Source: Eukaryota sp. TZLM1-RC (lineage: Eukaryota > Protista > Metamonada: BaSk clade). Taken from it: a stretch of 64,000 bases of DNA. The position numbers and the translations under genes were made by a program. Location of the stretch: the NCBI GenBank assembly GCA_040285825.1, contig JAUPSS010000008.1:496001-560000 (forward strand), in the 5' to 3' direction. Shown piece by piece: positions 11,240 to 22,443 of the stretch (positions are counted from its first letter, which is position 1; each line of letters begins with the position of its first letter). Under the pieces are notes generated by a model. It did no database searches. It was not told the origin of the DNA and saw only the letters and a list, made by a program, of their open reading frames with translations.

Positions 11240-14200
11240 ATGCCTCTCTTATCCTCCTTAGTTTCAACAGCTTCTGAGAGTCCACCTAGACTACTTTCAG
11301 TACCATTTAGGCAATTGTTACAATGTCTCTCCCATATGTCTACAACAGAGTTTTCAAATAAGCTTTCCTCTGTGTTACCACTTTTATATCCCGGAATCTC
11401 AGCCTTTCATTTTGATAGATATAACCCTTCTCGCATCGTTTCTCTTGATTCTTCCGAGGGATTCCTGCTTCAATTACCATCTCCGTTTTCCCTCTCCTCT
11501 CCCCTCGCAGAAATCATCTCCTCTATACAGTCTTTTTTATCTTCCCATTTGGCCAAACTCGTTGCTGATTTTGCATCCTCTTGTCACTCGACCTTTCTCT
11601 CTCCTACAGGTTCTCTGTCTGTTATAGCTGAATTGTTTGAAAATAATTTTAATTGCATCTGTGTGTTCGGAATGTGGCTTTTTATTAATGAATCCACAGA
11701 GAAGTACAAACGAACAACTACACAATTGACAAAGTTTCTTACAGTCACTAATGCAAAATTGAGGAATTTGCTATCATCAACTGTAGGATCGACCAAAATA
11801 AAGGTTCAAAATTCACTAGTTTTGATTAATTTATTGTCTCAGTCAGGGCTAAATAACATTAGTTTACAGAATTCTGGTGAATCAATAACTGTAAAATTTG
11901 GCGATGCTGTCAATGATGTCAAGATGATCTTTTCTAGTTTGTCCAAATTTTCACCTCTTGAACTTCCAATTCTGTTGGCCTGTCCAAATTTTGGTGATCT
12001 TTGCTCTAACGTGTCACCAGGAGTCGTTTCTCTTGACTTTGAACAACCAATCATTTTGATTGAGCTTCTAAGTAAATTATTTTCTTTTAAATTCACTTCA
12101 TTCATCTTCTCTAATAGGAATTCGGCCCAATGGGAATTAACTATGTCTCTATTAAGTATACGGTGTGAGGGATCAATTCTTCATGTTCACGTTGATTCGA
12201 GTCTTTTGAAGTCGATTGATGTTGACCTATTCTTCAATCAATTACACGTGATTGATTGTTGGCTAGGGGGTCAATTAAATCTTAAGTTTCCTTTACCAAA
12301 TACTAAGTTTATTGATCTTGAAAATAATGTCGATGATGTATATTCAATTGTCTTTTTAACATTTGAATCTGAAATTCCCTCAAAATTCAAATTATTCAAG
12401 GCAATATGTCAATCAACTATCCAATCAAATGACCAATCAACCACATCCACTCAGTTAATCACCTCGTGTATGACTTCCCTAGGCCTAATCGACAACCAAT
12501 CACTATCAAAAAAGATTGATTCACTTATTTCTGATGTCACTTCCACTTTAACCCTTTGCTCAATTACTTCTACCTTGTTTGAACTTCATTTCTCCTCTTG
12601 TCCTGTCGTTTCCCCTGGTCATGTGAGGCATGATTCCAGAAGAAGCTCGATAACTTCAATTTCTCTTGGTGGAAACGATAGTTTGGTGACCAATCTCTCT
12701 GTTTGTTTCCTTGCTGGATTAGAAATGGTTTCATCTGATACGAGTTCATTAGAGAGTATCTTCTCAAATGAACTAGTGGTTCGATCTAATCAGCTCAAAA
12801 GTCAATGGATTTCAAGCAAATTGATTGGGTTTAATGATTGGTTTGTGGGATTAGGTCATAAAGTGGTCGATTTTTTGAACCTTTGTCAAGATTTCTCGCG
12901 AATTCTTGTTGTTCATTGTAGTGTTGAAGTGATTGAGAATTTGATTGATCTTTTCTCTTTAATAGGCAAGGCTCTGTGTCAAAGTATTAGCATTGATGAC
13001 CCTTCAATCAAATCAGATTGGCATGTGATTACTTCACCCAATCAACTTCCTTTTTCGGAAGTTTCTGTCTTAATTTGCCTTGGATTTGATTGGAAGTTTC
13101 CTTTAACTCTCAATCAACGAATTATGAATTTAGATATACCCAGCAACTCTTTGTTTTCTGATTCCAAGACTATTCCTGACTTTCTTAGGAAATCAGTGGA
13201 CTTTTTGATTGAAAAATTCAAAATTGATGAAGAAATTGAAGAAACAATCACTGAATTATGGACCATTGTTTTCACTTTTCTAAGTAAATATTCTCTAAAT
13301 TGTCCCCAATTAATTCATTTTAATTCTGTGTTGAAATCCTTATTTCCAGTGTCTTTATGTCAGTCTGTCGCTTATTCCCATGTTCTTAGATCATTTTTAA
13401 TTACGTTTTCTGTTCTTCTTGGAAGTTTATTGTCTGATGAACAAAAACTTGAACTATCCTCTTTATGTGCAGAAAGGTTTCCAACTGAGGTCCCAGTTCT
13501 CACCTCACCTCAATCAAACCCTCAATCAAACCCTCAATCACCTTCTGATGACGAAACAGTTTCCCATCCACATTCTTTATCTCGTTCGTCTTCTGTTCCA
13601 AAGGGGTTAGTCAATTCTCCGAGCAAATTGTCCATTGTAGATCAGCCAGCCGTTCAAACAGGATTAACTCCCAATGGAAATTCCGATCCTCATCTCTCTG
13701 ATTACGATTATGACTCCCAATACAGTTACGAAACTGTTTCCTCTGACACCACCCCCTGCGAGTCATCTCCTTCTCTTTTTCACCATGCATTGGATCCTAT
13801 CAATGGACAATGGATTCCATTAAGTTTAGTGTTCAAAGATGATAGAGCCTATGTCGTTACAGGAGAAATGGCTTTTGCTCTTCTTCAGTGTCACATGTTT
13901 GCCACATCACCAGTTGTTTGTTGGATTCACTCTGATTGTTCAGGTTTCGGTCGTTTGCAGCTCATTAAACAGCTCACAAATGGCGAGAATGATGGAGAAG
14001 AATTGTCATATGGACAAGTGACAAGTCGTATTATTTCAGGAAGAGCTCATGATCAATTTGACGACAACAATGATGCTCTTCATCGTAATGCAATGGCAAT
14101 TGTGCTCAATCAACCAGATCTACAGTCAAAATCTAGTTTTATTAACAAAATGAAACACTTATTGTTTGAAAATGAATTAAATTCTTTTGGAGTGGATTTT

Positions 14201-15343
14201 ACTGAAGATTGTCCGTTCCATGAAATTGTTCTTGTTCTTAATCTTTCTTGGTATTTACCTGATCACATTCATCCTTTATTGGTTAGTTTAATCGCAAATA
14301 AGCCAATTGATGGATTATATTTTAAGATTGCAAAGATTTATGTACTGTCAGATACAAAATTCCTTTCACAAGATTCAGTCTACTCTGTACATTTCCAACG
14401 TGTCAAACTTCCCTTCCCTTCACTGGATTCTATTGTTAAAATCCTCAATCATCATTTCAATTCCACTGTAAGGTCTACATTAGCTCCTGTAGGACTGGGA
14501 AAGTGTCTAGCTAAGCTTTTGGTTAGCACTCATTCAAAATTTCAGGAGGCTGATGGAAATTTTTTGTTTTGTAACCTCTCGACGGCAATCAACTGTGCAA
14601 AGTTAATCAACCACCTTCCAGAAGAAGTTCTTGAAGATCCAAATTATTTCATGAATGTTTTTGATGAAGTCATTGAGATTATTATTGGTTCCCAAATCAG
14701 ATATGCAGATGAACTAATTTCTGATTTAGAGGCAGATTCGTATAATTGTTTGTTGCCTTTGACATTGTATTCAGATAATTTTGAATCAGATGTGCAAATG
14801 GATTTTAGATTTTCCAATAAGTTTAATGTTATGGATAGCTTAAATCAAGAACACTCAAATATTCCTTCACCAATAATGTTACAGTTGATGTCAAAAACGC
14901 TAAATTTGATTGATGAACACGGTAAGCATGTCTTAAATGATTTCAAAGATAATATTAGCAACTTGTGCACTTTACTAGAATTGAACTTCTTTCCAATATT
15001 CATTCTTGCTCCATTTGATTTGAACAATCTGCAGCTCTATAGCTCTCTAATACATTTATCAACCAATATGGTAGAGAAAGAGTTAGTAGTGGTGGATGAT
15101 TCAACCTCACTGGAAACTAAACTTGAATCCTCTAATGTATTTTTACTGGACCAATCCATATTAAAAGAAGAAGAGTTTTTAAAAATTTTGGAAAAGTTAA
15201 ATCCAACCAATCTAGAAGATTTTGATAAAAAAGTTGTTTTTCTCTTGGACAGCATGGGGGAATTTACAGAATCATTACAAAGTAATTCAACCCTAACTAA
15301 TTCAGGAATAATTATCTCGTGGGATGGCCTATTATCAAGTTAA
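11240..15343 (+). CDS. 1367-aa protein, probably a highly degenerate dynein-heavy-chain-like (AAA) protein
   Basis: Long intact ORF. Segments FHHALDPINGQWIP, PVVCWIHSDCSGFGRLQLIKQL, VKLPFPSLDSIVKIL and FCNLST resemble the dynein AAA3 region with a decayed Walker A. Confidence 0.5.
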   Translation: MPLLSSLVSTASESPPRLLSVPFRQLLQCLSHMSTTEFSNKLSSVLPLLYPGISAFHFDRYNPSRIVSLDSSEGFLLQLPSPFSLSSPLAEIISSIQSFLSSHLAKLVADFASSCHSTFLSPTGSLSVIAELFENNFNCICVFGMWLFINESTEKYKRTTTQLTKFLTVTNAKLRNLLSSTVGSTKIKVQNSLVLINLLSQSGLNNISLQNSGESITVKFGDAVNDVKMIFSSLSKFSPLELPILLACPNFGDLCSNVSPGVVSLDFEQPIILIELLSKLFSFKFTSFIFSNRNSAQWELTMSLLSIRCEGSILHVHVDSSLLKSIDVDLFFNQLHVIDCWLGGQLNLKFPLPNTKFIDLENNVDDVYSIVFLTFESEIPSKFKLFKAICQSTIQSNDQSTTSTQLITSCMTSLGLIDNQSLSKKIDSLISDVTSTLTLCSITSTLFELHFSSCPVVSPGHVRHDSRRSSITSISLGGNDSLVTNLSVCFLAGLEMVSSDTSSLESIFSNELVVRSNQLKSQWISSKLIGFNDWFVGLGHKVVDFLNLCQDFSRILVVHCSVEVIENLIDLFSLIGKALCQSISIDDPSIKSDWHVITSPNQLPFSEVSVLICLGFDWKFPLTLNQRIMNLDIPSNSLFSDSKTIPDFLRKSVDFLIEKFKIDEEIEETITELWTIVFTFLSKYSLNCPQLIHFNSVLKSLFPVSLCQSVAYSHVLRSFLITFSVLLGSLLSDEQKLELSSLCAERFPTEVPVLTSPQSNPQSNPQSPSDDETVSHPHSLSRSSSVPKGLVNSPSKLSIVDQPAVQTGLTPNGNSDPHLSDYDYDSQYSYETVSSDTTPCESSPSLFHHALDPINGQWIPLSLVFKDDRAYVVTGEMAFALLQCHMFATSPVVCWIHSDCSGFGRLQLIKQLTNGENDGEELSYGQVTSRIISGRAHDQFDDNNDALHRNAMAIVLNQPDLQSKSSFINKMKHLLFENELNSFGVDFTEDCPFHEIVLVLNLSWYLPDHIHPLLVSLIANKPIDGLYFKIAKIYVLSDTKFLSQDSVYSVHFQRVKLPFPSLDSIVKILNHHFNSTVRSTLAPVGLGKCLAKLLVSTHSKFQEADGNFLFCNLSTAINCAKLINHLPEEVLEDPNYFMNVFDEVIEIIIGSQIRYADELISDLEADSYNCLLPLTLYSDNFESDVQMDFRFSNKFNVMDSLNQEHSNIPSPIMLQLMSKTLNLIDEHGKHVLNDFKDNISNLCTLLELNFFPIFILAPFDLNNLQLYSSLIHLSTNMVEKELVVVDDSTSLETKLESSNVFLLDQSILKEEEFLKILEKLNPTNLEDFDKKVVFLLDSMGEFTESLQSNSTLTNSGIIISWDGLLSS

Positions 15344-15359
15344 ATAAAACAGTCAAAAA

Positions 15360-16148
15360 TTACATTAAGTTTACTATATTTGGAAGATCAACTTCCACTA
15401 TACCGGCTATGGTGGCCACTTTTCTAGCATGCCTTATAGCCTGCATTGTGATAGGGTGCGATGCACCCAACTGATTCTTGTACTCCTCAACAGAAGCAAA
15501 CACCACAGGTAATGCATCCTCAATAACTTGAACCTGAATAGCTAATGGAAGAGCAGAAAGCACACGATCTTTTTGATTTTGATGAATCTGTTGCATTCTT
15601 TTTAATCGGGCTTCCCTTTTAGCTTGGGTCTTGTTTTTGAAGTTTATTAAAGTATTGGTAATATTTGCAAATTTGAAAAAAGAAGGAGTTTCAGCCTTTT
15701 TTGCAGCAGAATCAGTTGTTTCTTTTGCTTCTTCCTTTGGAGCAGAATTTGAATCCTCTTCTGACACTTCTTGTTGTTGATCACTCTCTTGGTTGGACGG
15801 AGCAGAAGTAGTTTGTGGAATTGTTAAGGTCATGTCTGCCGCACTGGATGAGTAGGTTTCAGCAGGAAGATCTCTTTCATTTTCTTCATTGGGAGCAGTA
15901 GAAGAAGGCTGGATTTCATGAGGAGATTCTGGGGGTTTTGAAGGAGGGTTGAGTGAGGGTTCTTCTGTTGTGGGTGGAATGTGACTAGATGATGGAAGGA
16001 CAGGAACATCTTCTATCCGTAGGCCAAGCTGAGGGCTCTCATCACCTACTGGGGGTCCTACTGGGGGTGTTTCAGGAAGGTTTGTACTGGTTCTGGTAGA
16101 ACTTTCTTTTCTTTTTCTGCGCTTACGCTGTCGTTGTATAGTGGACAT
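15360..16148 (-). CDS. Hypothetical protein (basic N-terminus, P/S/E/T-rich, helical C-terminus)
   Basis: 262-aa ORF, tail-to-tail with the 11240 ORF (16-bp gap); ATG lies within the conserved leader motif. Confidence 0.75.
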   Translation of the reverse strand: MSTIQRQRKRRKRKESSTRTSTNLPETPPVGPPVGDESPQLGLRIEDVPVLPSSSHIPPTTEEPSLNPPSKPPESPHEIQPSSTAPNEENERDLPAETYSSSAADMTLTIPQTTSAPSNQESDQQQEVSEEDSNSAPKEEAKETTDSAAKKAETPSFFKFANITNTLINFKNKTQAKREARLKRMQQIHQNQKDRVLSALPLAIQVQVIEDALPVVFASVEEYKNQLGASHPITMQAIRHARKVATIAGIVEVDLPNIVNLM

Positions 16149-16318
16149 CGGCTAATAGCACAAAAATGTCAAATAGCAGTAATGAGTTGAGATTAGTGGA
16201 ATAAGAAGACTAAATGAATCAATTTCAAAACTTGGGGACTTTCATTTCCTTTAAGTTACACATCCACCACCCCATGAATCATATTAAGAACAGCATTGAC
16301 ATCCACACTTCTTGCAAG
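16144..16318 (-). mobile_element. Family-C Fanzor 3' end abutting a host ATG
   Basis: Near-identical reverse complement of ~2086-2250, including the same deletion of the WNRN codons. Confidence 0.9.
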
Positions 16319-17127
16319 TCAGTAATCCTTATCTTAGGGCCGTTGATGTCTTTGCTCTCCTCCCCTATTTTCGCTTTGATTTTCACAACTTATTCTGTTT
16401 CTTCCACTAAACTTACTCAAAAGTGACAAAAAGACATTTATCATTTTTTCATGAGCATCTTTTTTAGAAGGGTCATATACCGTATTTGACAAACATTGGT
16501 ACTCTTTTATTTTCAATTCACTCTTCTTTTTCTCATTCAATGATCACCCCCAACTATTTCATACCTCAAATAAACTAATTGTACAATAAATAACATTCAA
16601 GCAAACATTATATAATGGCTGGTGTAAAAGACCAAATCAATAAGAACTAGTACAATGGACAGTGTATATACTCATAGTAGACCAAGGTCCATAGATCCAG
16701 TAACATCCAGTAATCATTATTACCAATCATTATTACCAATCATTATTAGACCATTTGACCACAATAATAGAAAAGATGGTTCATGGAAAGATGCAAATGT
16801 TTGATCTAGCTGGACCTAGTTAAAACAATAGTATCTTAACCAACAATTCAAATAACAATTTAATTGTTAATTGCAAGTTTTTACGGTAGTAGCCTCCTGC
16901 TCGTAGTACCATGGGAACTCAATGTCAACAACATGAAGACACTGGAGAAGAGAGTGGAAGTGGAGAGGAAGAAATTGAAAGTGAGACGCTTTTAAATAAA
17001 TATAACCAAATAAATTATATCCAAAATGCCATACGCGTAAGGAGCATGGCACGGTCTGAAAGTGATTATGGTATAACACTGATTTTAAGAATTTGAATTC
17101 TCTGAATTTTAATTTATTTGAAGAAAC

Positions 17128-17356
17128 TGCGAATTCCCCTGTGAAATTCACTCCTGTTTTCAACTTTGTCAATGTCTACTCACAGGCTGTAAGAGACATG
17201 TAGCGTCATTTGACAAAGACAATCATGATCTTCAATGGGTTACCTCACTTAAATACACCTTCTGCTTTCACAGACCAAAGCCTCGCGACATGATGTATCT
17301 AAGTGGATCTACCAAATGCTACTAAAGCATTTGTAGATCGGTCTCAAAAGTTTTTA
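17128..17356 (-). ncRNA. Second copy of the family-A Fanzor downstream (candidate omegaRNA) region
   Basis: Reverse complement of ~757-984; separated from its ORF (18123-18566) by the pogo-like insertion. Confidence 0.55.
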
Positions 17357-17376
17357 AAAAAATTAAAAATCCAATA

Positions 17377-18081
17377 CCGTGTTTGTAAAAAAAACTTCGA
17401 CCCAAAGAAGTTCGAACAGAAAAATGTTCAAACAAAGTAATAAAAGTTCGAACATATTTCAGAAAAACAACAATTTATTGGAAATCATTTAAATAACTTC
17501 TAATAACTATGAACTAAATATCAAACAACTATTCAAGGGCTTAAATGCATGCGTCAATGTTTTTGCGAACATGCTCCCATCCACTTAGAATATAGTTTTC
17601 CTCATTCGCTTTCAAATGCTCAAATGAATCAATGATCCACTGCCCAATTTTTGGTTTTACGGTTGTTACCAATAAATTTAATCTTACATCATCTAAAGCT
17701 ACATTGTTCTGTAACTGTTTGGTAATGTCTTTGGTACAGTATTCTCCAAATCTATTTCTCAGCCGTTTTTCAAAGGGTACATTTATAGAAAAATCCAGCA
17801 CACAAAATAAATCAGTGACCTTTGCAGGTATGGGTTCAATATCCAAATTTAGCTCTTCTGCGAGTGTTTACACTTTTTCCAAATCATGCGTATAGTGTTG
17901 GTCGCAAATCATACGTGCACGATCACCAACAGGAAAATTCAAGTTGAATTCTTGTGCCATTTTTGCTCTTTCTTTTTCCAAGTAGGGTAAAAGGAATATT
18001 TTATCTTTCTCATATGTTCGAACTGAATAATGTTCGAAAAGTTCGAACTTTTTTGGGTCAAAGTTTTTTTTACATACATAG
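17377..18081 (-). mobile_element. Internally deleted pogo/Tc1-mariner-like TIR transposon
   Basis: About 42-bp imperfect TIRs (CCGTGTTTGTAAAAAAAACTTCGACCCAAAGAAGTTCGAAC / CTATGTATGTAAAAAAAACTTTGACCCAAAAAAGTTCGAAC) flanked by TA on both sides. Internal ORF 17541-17846 IPAKVTDLFCVLDFSINVPF..KPKIGQW resembles a DDE_1 transposase C-terminus. Confidence 0.8.
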
Positions 18082-18122
18082 TACAGAAAATCAAAATGAA
18101 ATTTTTTTTTCCAAAATTTAAG

Positions 18123-18566
18123 CTTCTGTATGCTCAGGTGCTTTATTCATCTCCTCAACAGAGCATATGGGCAAATGTAATTTTCCTGCCACAAGTCCAC
18201 TTACTTCTTAATTTGATTTTTTTTGCAGCGGGAATATCTCTGTCATATACTATTTGACACTCAGTACAAATACCCATTAGCCATGAGTTTGCATGAATAT
18301 TCTCGGCCATGTAACAACTGGACAGTTTGCTAAATTAAAAGTAAAATTTAAATTAAATGCACTGGTTGACAAGTGCTTCACGTCCTTTTGCTAACACAAC
18401 CATTCTCTGAAAGCCCTTGCTGATCCATATTGGTTGAGTTTTCGGCAATGAGAAGGGAAATTAGCAGAGCGTACAGCAAGGTAGAGTTTTTCAGGATGTC
18501 CAACCAGCATTTGAAATTTGTTGAGGCTCTCTCGGAACCATCTCTCTTTTCGTCTTCAGTTAACAA
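18123..18566 (-). pseudogene. Second family-A Fanzor fragment
   Basis: Reverse complement of ~330-755 with substitutions and indels. Confidence 0.85.
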
Positions 18567-18581
18567 TTGTTCGACTCGCCC

Positions 18582-20060
18582 TAAACCTCACCACTCTCTT
18601 CCTTTATGTGCATTCCTCTCCATAATCAGCTCCTTCACATTCAAACTTTTCTCTTATCTAACACTCCGCCACACAAATTGATCAGAGTCGATTACTTTGC
18701 CTCAATTAATTAAAGCTTTAAGTAAGATGTCTATAAATTTACAATTACCAGAGATTTTTCAGTTGCTATTTAATGAAAACTGTTTGAAATTCTTTCGGTC
18801 AAATTTCATTACCGCATTATTGCTAAAAAATTTATTTTTTCTTACTCTTACCTTTCTTTCCAGAATTTCATTTAGGTCTTTTTCTCGCCATTTTTCTTTT
18901 TTGCGACAGTATTCAATTGTTTCACTTCGAACAATTATTCATTCAACAGTAAGATGTTTGATTTTTTTGTTTGAGGAATTGAGTTGATCTTTGTAAAGCT
19001 CCACTGGTTTATTAGTTTATTTGAATCAAATCAAAATTTAAATTCTAAATTTGTATTTATTGATAAAATGGATTTCTTCCATTCATATCATTAAATTGTT
19101 TCACTGAAATAGAAATTTGATTTCCATTTTTAAACCCATCATAATTAAAAAGAATATCAACATATATGTTTCTTTATTGAACTACAACACTTAATATAGT
19201 AAAATCAGAACTAATGAAACTAAATTCCATCAAACATCTCCTCATTGTATTTTCTTGAACCAATTTTTGGAAATTGCCATGTCCATTGACCCTTGTAATT
19301 CTTCTAACGAACATTTCATTAACTCAGATGTAAATAATCCTCTTCGTGCTGGCGAATAATTTAAAATTGCTAAATATGCGAAACCCATTTCCTCTGTAAA
19401 TGAAAATTCTCATGCCCAATATAATTTATGTCCCTTTGTTTTTTTTTGCTTGGATCTCTAGGTAAGGCTGCTATGGCTTTCCTTGAGGATTTTGTTGTAG
19501 TTTTAAAGGAAAGAACTGAAAGAATTTTCAATGGTGTATACTGGCAAAACAGGATTGTATTTTCTATTTTTAAGGGAACGGTAAAACTAATTTCTGATTC
19601 ACTCTCTTCTTTTGGGAAATTTTCTCAATCTTTAGCACTTAATTGTTTTGATGTAGGGGAGGCAGTTTTTGAAATTGTGGTTTGGGTCATCAAGAATCAA
19701 TTTTGATAACAAAGGCTCTAAAAAGGAATCTAGTCGATATGATTTGCACATTACATAAATTTGGTCCCTGACATTGTTATGTATTTTACTTCTCAATGTA
19801 ATGAAATGTTCACGGTTCAAAAGATGAGTAAACAAAAGAGGTTTACCACATTTACAAGTTAAATGATTGGGCAAATTGTTTGGCCATAAAAAACAACGAA
19901 AACGCATGTTTAAAAGCCATTCATTGTTTTGTAACAAAAGTCCATAAACAGAGGGAATTTGAGTTACTAAAGCAGAAGCAGAACTATCGCGAATGTCCTT
20001 TAAAAAATTACCGAAAGCGGGATTTTCAGTTTTGGCCAAGCCAAGGCTTACTTCATAATA
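18582..20060. repeat. Composite block duplicated (inverted, ~730 bp deleted) at ~61290-62050
   Basis: 18582-18830 matches 62050-61800 and 19560-20060 matches 61800-61290, including the same chimeric LINE fold-back junction (AATTGTGG|TTTGGGTCATC). Confidence 0.85.
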
Positions 20061-20275
20061 AAAACCTTATTGGGCCAAAGGAAACATCGAAAACGCATTG
20101 TAAAAGAAAATGTGGTATCATCAAAAAGAAGACCATAAATTTGGAGAATTTGAGAAATTAAACAAGATGGTCAACTACTTTGAGCATTTAACAAAAATTT
20201 GCGAAAGCGAAAGCGGGATTATCTTTTTTGGCCGATCCAAGACGAACATTGAAATCCAAGCCTTCACAAATTATT
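19277..20275. mobile_element. Fragments of family-A-related CRE-like LINE (RLE region) in both orientations
   Basis: + strand: SIDPCNSSNE..WQNRIVFSIFKG. - strand: NPAFGNFLKD..CKCGKPLLFTHLLN..HNNVRDQ. Confidence 0.85.
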
Positions 20276-20763
20276 ATTTACACGACAGCTAATGTAGAAA
20301 TAATGTTGTACAGCTGATCCACGTGTACATTTTTAGCACTCAAAAAATGAATAAACATTTTAGTCAAAAATTTCTGGGACGAAATCCTCGAACGAACATC
20401 TATAAAGTTATGCTTCATAGTTGAGATGAAGACTGTCTTTACACTTAAACAGGTCAGCCGAGACCATTTTATCAAACTAGCCCGATTCGTAGACTACTCT
20501 TCGAAAAAAAGAAGTCTTTCCTCAACTAGCCAGATATAGTAAAATGTGACACAACGTAGTACAAAGTGGAAAATATCAGTGAAAGTAGATACCATGAATA
20601 GTTAATGGAAGGGGAGCGGCATAGGTTGATGAGGAGAGGGAGTTGATAGAAAGGTCCACGATTGGAGCCACAGAAATTGAAAGAATTAGACTAGGGGGAT
20701 TCTCTAAAGGATTATTTCTACCAAACACAATAAGCAACTACAGGGCAACTTGTCTGATATCAC

Positions 20764-22005
20764 ATGACACATCTCGAATGTGGAGTGTGTACCGAAATCA
20801 TGGAAGAACCCACCACTCTTCCATGTGGCCATAGCTTCTGTCGCACTAAATGTCTTATCAAGTGGATACAAAACTCTAAATGCGCTCCTAAGTGCCCCGA
20901 ATGTCGTCACGATATCCTCAATACTGACTTCAACATAAACTTTGCTCTCCGATATGCCATTGATCTTGCCAAATCTCCTATTTGCTCCGAGTGCCAAAAT
21001 TTACCGTCCTCTGTCTATTGTACCGATTGTGAGGTTCTCCATTGCTCTGCATGTAGCCTTTTCATTCATCGCCCTAGATGTCTGAATCACCACCAAATTG
21101 TTCCAATCTCTCAACGACCTTCTGAAAAAAAGACCAATCAATCTGAACTCCAAGGTTTGATTGATGAACTCCAATCAGAAATTAATAGACTACACAGGGA
21201 AAACTCCGACGCAAATTCAACAGTTTATGCCTTTGATCAACGAATCGGTGAGTTGGAACTAAAGTTAAGTCAAAAGTCACACATGTTAAAGGAAAAAGAC
21301 AGTGAAAAGGGGGCCGCCTTGAGTCATTTGAAATCTTCTTTTGATGCAGAAATTGCTAAATTCAAAGGTCAATTAGCTGCAGTTGAAAAAGAATTGAATA
21401 TTGAAAAGAAAAATAACAATGCATTGAACTTTGAAATCAAGTTATTGACTATACAAAATAAGAAATTAGAAAAACAGTTGTTGGAGGTCAACAAGGCTCA
21501 AAATGATGATGTCATTGCTCATAATTCGCCTAATTTTGATCTATCTTTCTCTGCAAAATTTAAGTACAACAAGATCAAATTAGCCAATGCAAATAAGAAA
21601 GCATTCTTTGAGACCACTGATTTGGCCAAGGGGTACATTTTAGGCAATTGTGCATTACCTTCAAACAAGATTAGCCATTATCAAGTTCTTTTTAAGGGAC
21701 TTGGAATGGTAGCGATTGGAATTGCTCCCAGGAAGAGTTTGTCAGCTAATTTTTCAAGAACAACAAGAGAAATCAGCATTACCAGTGATGGAGATTTGAG
21801 GAATATGGTGGGCTTTAACTGCAAGTGGAATTCTCCCAGTGTCGTCAATGTGACTGTCAATTTGATTGACTATAAGATCACAATCAGTAGTTCTGATGGC
21901 GTCGTGTCATGTTCTGCTGAATTGTGTGGCCTTGCTACAGATTCTTGGTTTCCTCTTTTTTGGTTGGATGAGGCTGGGGAGCTTGAGATTTGTCAACACT
22001 CGTAA
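20764..22005 (+). CDS. RING / B-box / coiled-coil / SPRY-like (TRIM-like) E3 ligase
   Basis: C3HC4 RING CGVC..LPCGHSFC..C..CPEC; B-box CSEC..YCTDC..C..C..H..HH; coiled coil; SPRY-like C-terminus (VAIGIA, VNVTVNL, WFPLF). Confidence 0.85.
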   Translation: MTHLECGVCTEIMEEPTTLPCGHSFCRTKCLIKWIQNSKCAPKCPECRHDILNTDFNINFALRYAIDLAKSPICSECQNLPSSVYCTDCEVLHCSACSLFIHRPRCLNHHQIVPISQRPSEKKTNQSELQGLIDELQSEINRLHRENSDANSTVYAFDQRIGELELKLSQKSHMLKEKDSEKGAALSHLKSSFDAEIAKFKGQLAAVEKELNIEKKNNNALNFEIKLLTIQNKKLEKQLLEVNKAQNDDVIAHNSPNFDLSFSAKFKYNKIKLANANKKAFFETTDLAKGYILGNCALPSNKISHYQVLFKGLGMVAIGIAPRKSLSANFSRTTREISITSDGDLRNMVGFNCKWNSPSVVNVTVNLIDYKITISSSDGVVSCSAELCGLATDSWFPLFWLDEAGELEICQHS

Positions 22006-22162
22006 TTTAGTCAATTTTTTGCTTTATGCAATTTATTTAATAAATTTTAAAACTGTACACAAACCAACAAACTGGTTACTTCGTTTAATTTATTTCGTTA
22101 TTCATAATGCAATTTACATCGCCTTTTTGTTACTTATAAATGTTTTTTCTCTTAAATTTTCG

Positions 22163-22443
22163 TCTTTTGCATTTTTTGATTAATACCTTATTAAGGAAAT
22201 CTTACAATTTACACCCCTTGTACAGAACACAACAATTAGAATGAATAACGAAACACAAGTCCTAGACGACCTTGTCTCTCATACCACTGTTCTAAACTCT
22301 GAGATTAATGAAATTGACACTGATATCAACAAGCTTCAATGGCTCACCAAAAAGTATGGTCCTTTGTTCAAAAAGCCACTTGATTTTCTCCACTGCTTGA
22401 AGGAAGACAGATTATCCCACATCAGTCGGATAGAGGACAGCTT
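22163..22443 (+). repeat. 281-bp duplicate of 29059-29339 (inverted), carrying the first 67 codons of a coiled-coil ORF
   Basis: Identical N-terminal peptide MNNETQVLDD...RIEDS plus ~78 bp of upstream DNA; no differences seen by eye. Confidence 0.9.
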
